From assembly GCA_963923625.1 (NCBI GenBank), contig CAWUMZ010000002.1, forward strand, positions 1 to 38,475: a stretch of DNA of 38,475 nt. Direction: 5' to 3'. Position 1 is the stretch's first letter. The number at the start of each line of letters is the position of its first letter. Under the pieces are notes generated by a model. That model worked only from the letters and a program-made list of their open reading frames with translations. It made no database searches and had not been told where the DNA came from. This document shows, piece after piece, positions 15,983-29,730 of this stretch. Made by a program: the position numbers and the translations under genes. The DNA is from an uncultured bacterium. Its GTDB lineage: Bacteria; Actinomycetota; Thermoleophilia; Gaiellales; F1-60-MAGs149.

Positions 15983-17226
15983 AGGTCGCGCTGCTCCTTG
16001 AACCGCTCGATCACGAGCGATGCGTTGTGGCCGCCGAAGCCGAAGCCGTTGGAGAGGGCGACGTCGATGGCCTGCTCGCGCATCACATTCGGAACGTAGT
16101 CCAGATCGCACTCGGGATCCGGATGGTGCAGGTTGATCGTCGGCGGCAGGTACCCACCCTGGATCGCGAGCACGCAGATCGCGGCCTCGGTCGCGCCCGT
16201 CGCGCCGAGCAGATGGCCCGTCATCGACTTGGTCGAGGAGACCGGCAGCTGCTTGGCGCGGTCGCCGAAGACCTTCTTGAGCACGCGCGTCTCGGAGGCG
16301 TCGCCGATCGGGGTCGACGTGCCGTGGGCGTTGACGTACTGGATGTCCTCCGGGGTGCGCCCGGCATCGGCAATCGCGTTGCGCAGCGCGCGGGCCGGAT
16401 TCTCGCCCGTCGGGTCGGGCTCGGTGACGTTGTGCGCGTCGGACGACAGGCCGTAGCCCGTCACCTCGGCGAGGATGTTGGCGCCGCGGTTCATCGCATG
16501 CTCGAGCTCCTCGAGCACGAGGACGGTGCCCGCCTCGCCCAGCACGATGCCGTCGCGCGTCGCGTCGAACGGGCGGCTGGCGCCGGCCGGATCGTCGTTG
16601 CGCGTGGAGCAGGCGCGGATGCCGTGGAAGCCGCCGATGCCGACGGGCGTGACGCCGCACTCGGAGCCGCCGGCGAGCATCGCGTCGGCAAGCCCACCGC
16701 GGATGTACATCACGGCGTCGCCGATCGCCATCGACGAGGCCGCGCACGCGGTGCTCGAGGCGGCCAGCGGACCACGCGTGCCGAACTCCATCGACACGTA
16801 GCCGGCGCCCATGTTGGGGATGATCCCCGGCGTCCAGAACGGCGAGAAGCGCTCGATGCCGCGCTCGAAGTAGTGCTCGTGCGCGGCTCGCTGCATGTCC
16901 ATGCCGCCGATGCCGCTGGCGATCGAGGCGCCGATCCGATCGCCCTCGGCCGGGATGTCGAGGCCGGAGGACTCGACGGCCTCGCGCGCTGCGCCGACGG
17001 CGAGATGGATGTACCGGCTCGTCCGCCGCGCGGCCTTGCGGTCCATGATCGTCTCGGGGTCGAAGCCCTTCACCTCGCAGCCGATCTTGACCGGGCTCTC
17101 CGAGACGTCGAAGCTCGTGATCAGCGCGCCGCCGGGCTTGCCCTCGCGGAGCGCGACGTCGAACTCGGGGATGCTGTTCGCGATGGGGTTCACCGTCCCC
17201 ATGCCCGTGATCACGACGCGGCGCAT
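15979..17226 (-). CDS. fabF: 3-oxoacyl-ACP synthase II (KAS II)
   Basis: 415 aa. Active-site Cys region SSTACAASSMAIG, HGTSTP, and GHLLGATG. Confidence 0.95.
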   Translation of the reverse strand: MRRVVITGMGTVNPIANSIPEFDVALREGKPGGALITSFDVSESPVKIGCEVKGFDPETIMDRKAARRTSRYIHLAVGAAREAVESSGLDIPAEGDRIGASIASGIGGMDMQRAAHEHYFERGIERFSPFWTPGIIPNMGAGYVSMEFGTRGPLAASSTACAASSMAIGDAVMYIRGGLADAMLAGGSECGVTPVGIGGFHGIRACSTRNDDPAGASRPFDATRDGIVLGEAGTVLVLEELEHAMNRGANILAEVTGYGLSSDAHNVTEPDPTGENPARALRNAIADAGRTPEDIQYVNAHGTSTPIGDASETRVLKKVFGDRAKQLPVSSTKSMTGHLLGATGATEAAICVLAIQGGYLPPTINLHHPDPECDLDYVPNVMREQAIDVALSNGFGFGGHNASLVIERFKEQRDL

Positions 17227-17228
17227 GG

Positions 17229-17984
17229 CTACATCCCCAGGCCGCCGTCGACCGACAGCACCGCGCCGGTGATGAACGAGGCGTCGTCGGAGAGGAGGAA
17301 GCGCACGGTGCGCGCGATGTCCTCGGGCTCGCCGAGGCGGCCGAGCGGCGTCTGTCCGAGCAGGACGTCGCGGATCTCCTCGCTGAGGACGTCGGTGAGC
17401 TCGGTGGAGATGTAGCCCGGGGCGACGCAGTTGACGCGGATGCCGCGCGAGCCGACCTCCTTGGCCAGCGCCTTCGTCAGCGCGATCACGCCGCCCTTCG
17501 ACGCCGCGTAGTTGGTCTGCCCGAAGTTGCCGTGCAGGCCGACGACGCTCGACATCGTGACGATGCTGCCGCGCTTCTTGCGGAGCAGCTTGCGCGAGGC
17601 GGCCTTGCAGACGTGGAAGGTGCCGCCGAGGTTGACCTCGATGACGCGGTCCCAGTCCTCGACGGTGATGCGCGAGATGAGGTTGTCGCGGGTGATGCCG
17701 GCGTTCGCGACGACGTTCCAGAGGTCGTCGCCGAGCAGCTCCTCGGTCTGGTCGATCATCGCGGCGGCGGACTCGGGATCGCTGACGTCTCCGGCGATCG
17801 CCACGGCGGTGCCGCCGGCGGCGGTGATCGCTGCGACGACGGCGTCGGCCGCATCCTTGTTGGCGGTGTAGTTGACGCCGACCTTGGCGCCGGCCGCGGC
17901 CAGCTCCTGCGAGATCGCGGCGCCGATGCCGCGCGAGCCGCCGGTGACGAGCGTCACGCGACCCTCGAGAGGACGATCAGCCAT
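17229..17984 (-). CDS. fabG: 3-oxoacyl-ACP reductase
   Basis: 251 aa SDR. TGGSRGIGAA, NAG, and YAASKGG motifs. Lies between fabD and fabF. Confidence 0.93.
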   Translation of the reverse strand: MADRPLEGRVTLVTGGSRGIGAAISQELAAAGAKVGVNYTANKDAADAVVAAITAAGGTAVAIAGDVSDPESAAAMIDQTEELLGDDLWNVVANAGITRDNLISRITVEDWDRVIEVNLGGTFHVCKAASRKLLRKKRGSIVTMSSVVGLHGNFGQTNYAASKGGVIALTKALAKEVGSRGIRVNCVAPGYISTELTDVLSEEIRDVLLGQTPLGRLGEPEDIARTVRFLLSDDASFITGAVLSVDGGLGM

Positions 17985-18900
17985 TGCCCAGCACCTCCTG
18001 TGCCTTCGCGAGGCTCTCGGGATCGCTGATCGCGAGAGCGGTGAGATTCCGATCGATGCGGCGCATCAGGCCGGCGAGAACGCCGCCCGGTCCGACCTCG
18101 ATGCAGGTCGTGACGCCCTTCGCCGCGAGCGCCTGGATCGCCTGGGTGAAGCGCACGGGCGCGCCGAGCTGGTCCTCGAGGATCTGGACGAGGTTCGCCT
18201 CGTCCTCCAGCTGGCAGGTGACGGTCGAGAAGAACGCGCTGGTGGGCGCGCTGAAGGTCGCGGCAAGCAGCGCCGGGCGCAGGTCGTCGGCCGCCGCCGC
18301 CGTCAGCGGCGAGTGGAAGGCGCCCGACACGGCGAGGGTGAGGGCGCGCCGCGCGCCCGCCTCCTTGGCCGCCTCGTTCAGCTGCTCGACGGCTGCGCTC
18401 TCGCCGGACACGACGATCTGGCCGGGGCAGTTGTAGTTGGCGACCCACACGCCCTCGATGCCATCGCAGAGCTCCTCGACCTGCGCGTCCTCGAGGCCGA
18501 TGATCGCGGACATCGCGCCCGGCGTGCGGGCGGCAGCCGCGGCGGTGGCCTCGCCGCGTGCGCGCGTGAGCCGCACCGCGTCGCCGACCGTGAGGATCCC
18601 GGCCGCCACGAGCGCCGCGTACTCGCCGGCCGAGTGGCCGATCGCGACATCGGCCTGGATGCCGGCCTCGCGCACCGCGGCGAGGCACGCCACCGACGCG
18701 GTCGTCAGCGCCGGCTGCGTGATCTCGGTCTGGTCGAGGCGCTCCTGCGGGCCGGAGCGGCAGAGCTCGAGCAGGTCGGAGCCGAAGGCCTCGGAGGCCT
18801 CCGCGAAGACCGCGGCGGCGGCGGGCGATGCGTCGGCGAAGGCGACGCCCATGCCAACGGCCTGCGAGCCCTGACCGGGAAAGCAGAAGGCGGTCTTCAT
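17977..18900 (-). CDS. fabD: malonyl CoA-ACP transacylase
   Basis: 307 aa from ATG 18900 (MKTAFCFPGQGSQAVGMG). Active-site GHSAGEY. ATGA overlap with the fabH stop. The track ORF to 20058 is an upstream artefact. Confidence 0.93.
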   Translation of the reverse strand: MKTAFCFPGQGSQAVGMGVAFADASPAAAAVFAEASEAFGSDLLELCRSGPQERLDQTEITQPALTTASVACLAAVREAGIQADVAIGHSAGEYAALVAAGILTVGDAVRLTRARGEATAAAAARTPGAMSAIIGLEDAQVEELCDGIEGVWVANYNCPGQIVVSGESAAVEQLNEAAKEAGARRALTLAVSGAFHSPLTAAAADDLRPALLAATFSAPTSAFFSTVTCQLEDEANLVQILEDQLGAPVRFTQAIQALAAKGVTTCIEVGPGGVLAGLMRRIDRNLTALAISDPESLAKAQEVLGNG

Positions 18901-19889
18901 GCGGGTGCTCCCATCCATCGGATCATGACGGTGCCCCATGCGAGACCGCCGCCCAGCCCCATCATCATCAGCCTCTGCCCGGGCTGCAAGCGCCCGGTGC
19001 GCCAGGCGTAGTCGAGGCACAGCGGAATCGATGCGGACGACGTGTTGCCGTACTTGTCGAGCGTGACGACGACGCGGTCGCTGGGAAAGCCGAGCCGTTC
19101 GACGCCGCTCTCGATGATGCGCAGGTTCGCCTGATGCGGCACGAAGAGATCGATGTCGTCCTGCGTGTAGCCGCCCGCATCCAGCACGCGCTTGGCGGAC
19201 TCGACGATCACCTGCGTGGCGAAGCGGTAGACGGCGTTGCCGTTCATGCGGATGCAGCGATCGAGCGGCTCGCCGTTGCGTGCGGTCAGGTCGCCGTACA
19301 GGTCGAAGCCCTTGGAGCCGTCGACGCCGAGTTCGACGACAACCTTCTCCGAGGTCGGGGCGGCGCCCTTGCGCACGATGATCGCCCCGGCGCCGTCGCC
19401 GAAGAGGATGCACGTCCCGCGATCGTCCCAGTCGGTGATGCGCGAGAGCACCTCGGCGCCGATCACCATCACCGTGGTCGCCATGCCCGCGTTGATCTGG
19501 GCAATGGCGTGGCCGAGCGCGTAGGCGAACCCGGCGCAGGCGGCCAGCATGTCGATGGCGCCGGCGCTGTGCGCGCCGATGTCGTCGGCGACCAGCGCCG
19601 AGATCGACGGGAACGAGCGCTCGGGCGATGCCGTGGCGGTGAGGATCAGGTCGATCTCCGCGGGCGCGATGTCGGCGCGCTCGACGGCCTGCCGCGCGGC
19701 GATGATCGCGAGGTCGGTGACCGTCTGGTCGTCGGCCGCGATGCGGCGCTCGGCGATGCCCGTGCGCTCGCGGATCCACGCGTCGTCGGTCTCGACGCGC
19801 TGCGAGATCTCGTCGTTCGTGAGGATCCGCTCGGGAATCGCGGCGCCGACGCCGATGATCGCGACGTCGCTGTCGGTCGCTCCGATCAC
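18897..19889 (-). CDS. fabH: 3-oxoacyl-ACP synthase III (KAS III)
   Basis: 330 aa, GTG start. AACAGF active-site Cys, and PHQANLRI and GNTSSASIP motifs. Confidence 0.93.
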   Translation of the reverse strand: MIGATDSDVAIIGVGAAIPERILTNDEISQRVETDDAWIRERTGIAERRIAADDQTVTDLAIIAARQAVERADIAPAEIDLILTATASPERSFPSISALVADDIGAHSAGAIDMLAACAGFAYALGHAIAQINAGMATTVMVIGAEVLSRITDWDDRGTCILFGDGAGAIIVRKGAAPTSEKVVVELGVDGSKGFDLYGDLTARNGEPLDRCIRMNGNAVYRFATQVIVESAKRVLDAGGYTQDDIDLFVPHQANLRIIESGVERLGFPSDRVVVTLDKYGNTSSASIPLCLDYAWRTGRLQPGQRLMMMGLGGGLAWGTVMIRWMGAPA

Positions 19890-20329
19890 GCGGGCGGCTC
19901 CTCGAGCAGCCCGAACGTGAGCGTGCCCTCGACGGCCGGCTCGCCGCCGACGGTCGTCTCGCCGTTGACGCGCCCGATGCGACCACGCAGGCGATCGACG
20001 GTGATGACCATGTCGAGGACGTCACCCGGTCGCACGATGCGGCGGAACTTGACGCCATCGATGCCGGCGAAGACGCCGAACTTGCCCTTGTGATCCTCGT
20101 GCGTGAGCGCGCAGATGGCCGCGGTCTGCGCCATCGCCTCGACCATCACGACGCCCGGCACGATCGGATTGCCGGGGAAGTGCCCCTGCAGGAACCACTC
20201 GTCGCCGGTGATCGTCCAGCGGCCGTGGACGCGGACGCCCGGCTCGAGGTCGACGATCTCATCGACGAAGAGGAAGGGGTCGCGGTGCGGGATGATCGCC
20301 TGGATGGCGTCGCGGTCCATTGCGGTCAT
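19886..20329 (-). CDS. fabZ: 3-hydroxyacyl-ACP dehydratase
   Basis: 147 aa from ATG 20329 (MTAMDRDAIQAIIPHRDPFLFVDEI...GHFPGNPIVPGV). GGAGGA lies 6 nt upstream. GTGA overlap with the fabH start. Confidence 0.92.
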   Translation of the reverse strand: MTAMDRDAIQAIIPHRDPFLFVDEIVDLEPGVRVHGRWTITGDEWFLQGHFPGNPIVPGVVMVEAMAQTAAICALTHEDHKGKFGVFAGIDGVKFRRIVRPGDVLDMVITVDRLRGRIGRVNGETTVGGEPAVEGTLTFGLLEEPPA

Positions 20330-20387
20330 CGGGTCCTCCAGGGGGTCGTCGTGCCGAGGGGCGCAGCCACGCAGGTATCGTAGCCGC

Positions 20388-21146
20388 GTGGACGACGCCG
20401 CTCCGCACCGAACCGGCCCGCGCAACATCATCACGCGCGCGAGTTGCCCCTCGACCCAGGACATCGTCCGCGAGGAGGCGCTGGCGGGCGCACCCGCGGG
20501 CACGGTCTGCGTGACGGACCACCAGACGGCGGGCCGAGGACGCCGCGGCCGAACCTGGTCGGATCCTCCCGGCAAGGCGCTGATGTTCTCCTACCTCGCG
20601 CGCGTCACCCGAGCGCCGGAGGAGCTCTCGACGCTGTCCCTGCTCGTCGGCATCGTCGTCGCCGAGACCCTGCCGCTCGGGCCGCGCCTGCGCTGGCCTA
20701 ATGACCTCGTGCTCAACGGCGGCAAGGTCGCCGGCATCCTCGTCGAGCTCGTCACGCCTCCGGACCAGCCGCTGTTCGCGATCATCGGCATCGGCATCAA
20801 CGCGAACCTGACCGCCGATGAGCTTCCACCGACCGATCGCCTACCGGCTACCTCCCTGCTGGTCGAGGGCGGCCACGAGGTCGACCGGATCGCACTGCTC
20901 GAGGCACTCGGGGCGGGCCTCGATGCCGCACTCGAGCTCTTCGACCGCGAGGGCTTCGCCCCGTTCGTCGCGCGCTACGCCGCGCTCGATGGCCTGGTCG
21001 GCCACGCCATCACGCTCAACCTCCCGCACGAGTCGATTGCCGGCAATGCCGTCGGCATCGACACCGAGGGGCGACTGCTCCTGCGCCTCGACGACGGCTC
21101 CGAGCAGGCGTTCTCGGCCGGCGAGGTCGAGCGCGTGCTGGACTAG
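20388..21146 (+). CDS. birA: biotin-[acetyl-CoA-carboxylase] ligase, class I (no N-terminal HTH)
   Basis: About 252 aa from GTG 20388 (start uncertain). CPSTQDIVRE, TDHQTAGRGRRGRTW, RWPNDLVLNGGKVAGILVE. Divergent from the fab/acc operon. Confidence 0.85.
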   Translation: MDDAAPHRTGPRNIITRASCPSTQDIVREEALAGAPAGTVCVTDHQTAGRGRRGRTWSDPPGKALMFSYLARVTRAPEELSTLSLLVGIVVAETLPLGPRLRWPNDLVLNGGKVAGILVELVTPPDQPLFAIIGIGINANLTADELPPTDRLPATSLLVEGGHEVDRIALLEALGAGLDAALELFDREGFAPFVARYAALDGLVGHAITLNLPHESIAGNAVGIDTEGRLLLRLDDGSEQAFSAGEVERVLD

Positions 21147-21649
21147 CTGGCGTTGACGGTGAAGGTGACCGTGCGGTCGGGCGTCTTGCCCTGACCGGGC
21201 GGCATCAGGTCGAAGGTGATCGAGCCCGTCCCCGGCGTGTCGGCGCTGAACACCCACTGCTCGGCCGTGCCCTGCCCGACGATGTTGCCCTGGTCCTCGG
21301 GCTGCAGAACCGTGTCGGAGACCTGCACGTAGCCCATCGGGATGTTCGGCACCCACGTGTACCCGGTGCTCGGGTTGATCGGCAGCTGGATGGTGAAGGA
21401 GTCGCCGGTGGCGACGTTCACCTCGGTGTTGTCCTCGGTGTACACCTTGCCTCCGTTCGACGACTGCGTCTGCTGCTCCGTCTGCGTCTGCTCCTGCGTC
21501 TGCGAATCCTGTTGGGTCTGCTGCTGCGTCTGGGTCTCGGTGACGGTCTGCGTGGCGGTCGTCGTGCTCGAGCCGCCACCGCAGGCGGTCACGGCGAGGG
21601 CGATGAGCGCGCAGGCCGCGGCGAACGTGATCAGGCGGAGGCGGTGCAT
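21143..21649 (-). CDS. lipoprotein with chagasin-family (MEROPS I42) cysteine-peptidase inhibitor domain and a T/Q-rich linker
   Basis: 168 aa. Signal plus lipobox LAVTACGG, linker TQTVTETQTQQQTQQDSQTQEQTQTEQQTQ, then an Ig-like domain with the chagasin signature NPSTGYTW. Confidence 0.7.
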   Translation of the reverse strand: MHRLRLITFAAACALIALAVTACGGGSSTTTATQTVTETQTQQQTQQDSQTQEQTQTEQQTQSSNGGKVYTEDNTEVNVATGDSFTIQLPINPSTGYTWVPNIPMGYVQVSDTVLQPEDQGNIVGQGTAEQWVFSADTPGTGSITFDLMPPGQGKTPDRTVTFTVNAS

Positions 21650-21696
21650 GCCTTCACTCTATACCCGGCCAGGCGGCCGCAGCGCGACCGCCCGGG

Positions 21697-27289
<5,593 letters not shown>

Positions 27290-27293
<4 letters not shown>

Positions 27294-28351
27294 ACGTGCA
27301 CCTCGAGCGCGTGGACCGTGTCCGCGAGATCATCGACGCCGTCGGCGCCGGTCGCCGTCAGCAGCACCTGGCCGTGCCGACGGCCCAGCTCGATCAGCCG
27401 CGTGCGACGGTCGCGGTCGAGCTCCGAGAGGACGTCGTCGAGCAGCAGGAGCGGCGGCTCACCCCGCGTCTCCGCGATCAGCGCGGCCTGCGCGAGCAGG
27501 AACGCGAGCACCAGCGTTCGCTGCTCGCCCTGCGACGCGCTGCGACGTGCGTCACGCCCGCCCAGCTCGACGACGAGATCGTCGAGGTGCGGGCCGACGC
27601 CGGTGGTCTGCCGCTCGATGTCCTCACGGCGGCGCTGCCGCAGTGCGGCGAGGAGCGCCTGACCGTCGCCCGGCTCGGAGGCCTCGTAGCGAAGCCCGCC
27701 CGGATGCGGTGAGCCGAGCAGTTCGACGCGCTCCGCGAAGAACGGCGCCAGGCGCTCGATCAGGCGCTCGCGCGCCTCGGTGATCAGCGCTCCGTGATCG
27801 GCGAGCTGCGCGTCCCAGGGATCGAGCTCATCCTCGGTCCCCTCGCGGCGGCGCACTCGGCGCAGCACGGCGTTGCGCTGCTCCATCGTCTGCCGGTAGG
27901 CCCGCTCGTGCTCCTCGAAGCGCGGCCAGGCACCCTCGATCGCGCGATCCATCGCAACGCGCCGGACACTCGGCCCTCGCTTGACCAGGTCGAGCACGTC
28001 GGGGATGAAGACCACCGACGCCCAGCGCTCCCGCAGCGTGCGGCCGTCCACCTGCACACCATCGAGCTCCAACGTGCGCGAACCCTTGGTGAGACGGACC
28101 CGCGTCGTCGAGGCCGCACTGCCGGCCTCGCCTTCGACCCGCACGCCGAGCTCGTCGACGCCGTCGCGGATCATCCGGCTGTCGGCCGTCGGCCGCAGGC
28201 CCGTCCCACCCGTGCCGAGGTGCACCGCCTCGAGCAGCGACGTCTTGCCCGAGCCATTCGGCCCGACGATCGCGGTGACGCCCTCGACCGGTCGCAGCTC
28301 AGCCGCCGCATGGCAGCGCAGGTCGGCGACCCGGAGCAGGTCGACGCGCAT
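27290..28351 (-). CDS. recF: DNA replication and repair protein RecF
   Basis: 353 aa. Walker A GPNGSGKTS, signature SQGEQRTL, Walker B LLLLDDVLSELD. Confidence 0.95.
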
Positions 28352-28355
28352 CGAC

Positions 28356-29456
28356 TCAGATGCGGATCGGCATGATCACGTACCAGAACGCGCCGTCGAC
28401 GCTCTCGAGCAGCGCGGGCCGCAGCGACGAGATCAGGCTCAGCTTCACCTCGTCGCCCGGGACGCTCTCGATGCCGTCGCGGAGGAATTCGTGGTTGAAG
28501 CCGATCTCGATCGTCTCCGTCCCGGTGGCGGCGACCGGGATCGACTCGGCGCCCTCGGCGACGTCGGCCGTGCGGGCCTGGAGGCTCAGCTGCCCCGGTC
28601 CGAGCTCGACGCGAACCGGCGTGTTCTGCCGGACGACGATGCCCACGCGACGGACGATCTCGAGCAGCTCGTCCTTCGCGATCGTCGCCGACTGCTCGAC
28701 GCCGTCGGGCTTGAGCGCGGTGAAGTTCGGGAACTGCCCTTCGATGCGGCGGACGCTCAGCCAGATGCCGTCGATGCCGAAGGTGACCAGCCCCTCGCCG
28801 ATCGCGACGCTGAGCGTCCCGGCACCGCCGCCGATGCGGACGGCCTCCTCGAGCGCCTTGATCGGGATGATCGCCTCGAGCGCCTCCGGCGGCGCCTTGG
28901 TCAGCGGCGCCTCGGCGACGGCCAGGCGGTACGAGTCGGTGGCCGCCATGGTGATGCGGTCGGACTCGAAGCGCACCAGGGCGCCGGTCAGGACCGGGCG
29001 GCTCTCGTCGCGCGATGCCGCGCGCTTGACGCGACCGACGACGTCGGCGAAGACGGCGCTGTCGGTCTCGAAGACCTGCTCGTGATCGATCTCGGGCAGC
29101 TGGGGAAACTCATCGACCGGCAGGCCGTACAGCGTGTAGGACGACGAGCCTGCGGAGACCAGGACGCGGCCGTCGGCCTCGGCCGCGAGCTCGATCGTCT
29201 CACCGCTCAGCGCGCGGATCAGCTCGGGCGCGATCTTCGCCGGCAGCAGCACCGAGCCCGGCTGCTCGACATCGGCGTCGAGCGGGACGCGCAGCGTCAT
29301 CTCGAGATCGGTGGCCGCGAGCTCGACGGGCGTCTCCGAGCTCTCGGCGGTGAGGCGCACGTGCGCGGCGCTCTGGAGGTTGGCGCGCGTCGACGCGGCA
29401 CGCGCAGCCTGCGCGAGGCGATCTGCGAGGTGCTCTCGATTGCAGCGGATCTTCAT
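28356..29456 (-). CDS. dnaN: DNA polymerase III subunit beta (sliding clamp)
   Basis: 366 aa (MKIRCNREHLADRLAQAARAAS...). Three-domain clamp length and the canonical position downstream of dnaA. Confidence 0.93.
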   Translation of the reverse strand: MKIRCNREHLADRLAQAARAASTRANLQSAAHVRLTAESSETPVELAATDLEMTLRVPLDADVEQPGSVLLPAKIAPELIRALSGETIELAAEADGRVLVSAGSSSYTLYGLPVDEFPQLPEIDHEQVFETDSAVFADVVGRVKRAASRDESRPVLTGALVRFESDRITMAATDSYRLAVAEAPLTKAPPEALEAIIPIKALEEAVRIGGGAGTLSVAIGEGLVTFGIDGIWLSVRRIEGQFPNFTALKPDGVEQSATIAKDELLEIVRRVGIVVRQNTPVRVELGPGQLSLQARTADVAEGAESIPVAATGTETIEIGFNHEFLRDGIESVPGDEVKLSLISSLRPALLESVDGAFWYVIMPIRI

Positions 29457-29470
29457 GCAGCGGCCATCCC

Positions 29471-29520
29471 GATGATGGAGGTTGTTGTAAGAGAAGTTCT
29501 CAGGTAGTTATCACCATAGG
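29471..29520. other. AT-rich patch, candidate DNA-unwinding element of oriC
   Basis: GATGATGGAGGTTGTTGTAAGAGAAGTTCTCAGGTAGTTATCACCATAGG is the most AT-rich stretch I see in the window. It lies in the dnaA-dnaN spacer and is immediately followed by DnaA-box-like 9-mers. Confidence 0.45.
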
Positions 29521-29720
29521 GGCTGGGGATGACGGGGAGAAGTCGCGTCAAGGCCGGTGCAGCCTGAGGAAACGGCAGGTCGCGGCTGGGGACGGCGTGG
29601 GTGGCATACGGCGCTGCGTCCCCAACGATCGGAATCGTCCGGAACGGAGGGTCGACAACCGGGGACAACGTCCGCGCCGATCCCATGCGGATACCCCGCT
29701 GCTCCCCTGCGCCATCCCCA
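29508..29720. promoter_or_regulatory. cluster of DnaA-box-like 9-mers in the dnaA-dnaN spacer (candidate oriC)
   Basis: TTATCACCA 29508-16 (+), TCATCCCCA 29524-32 (-), CCGTCCCCA 29587-95 (-), GCGTCCCCA 29616-24 (+), TTGTCCCCG 29660-68 (-), CCATCCCCA 29712-20 (+). Confidence 0.55.
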
Positions 29721-29730
29721 GCGGCGCAGC

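Noticed and set aside
21470-21560. Repetitive GTCTGC/CTGCTG DNA that looks like a tandem repeat array.
   Set aside because: It is irregular. It lies in frame within the lipoprotein gene and encodes the T/Q linker. It is coding low complexity and neither a CRISPR array nor a satellite.
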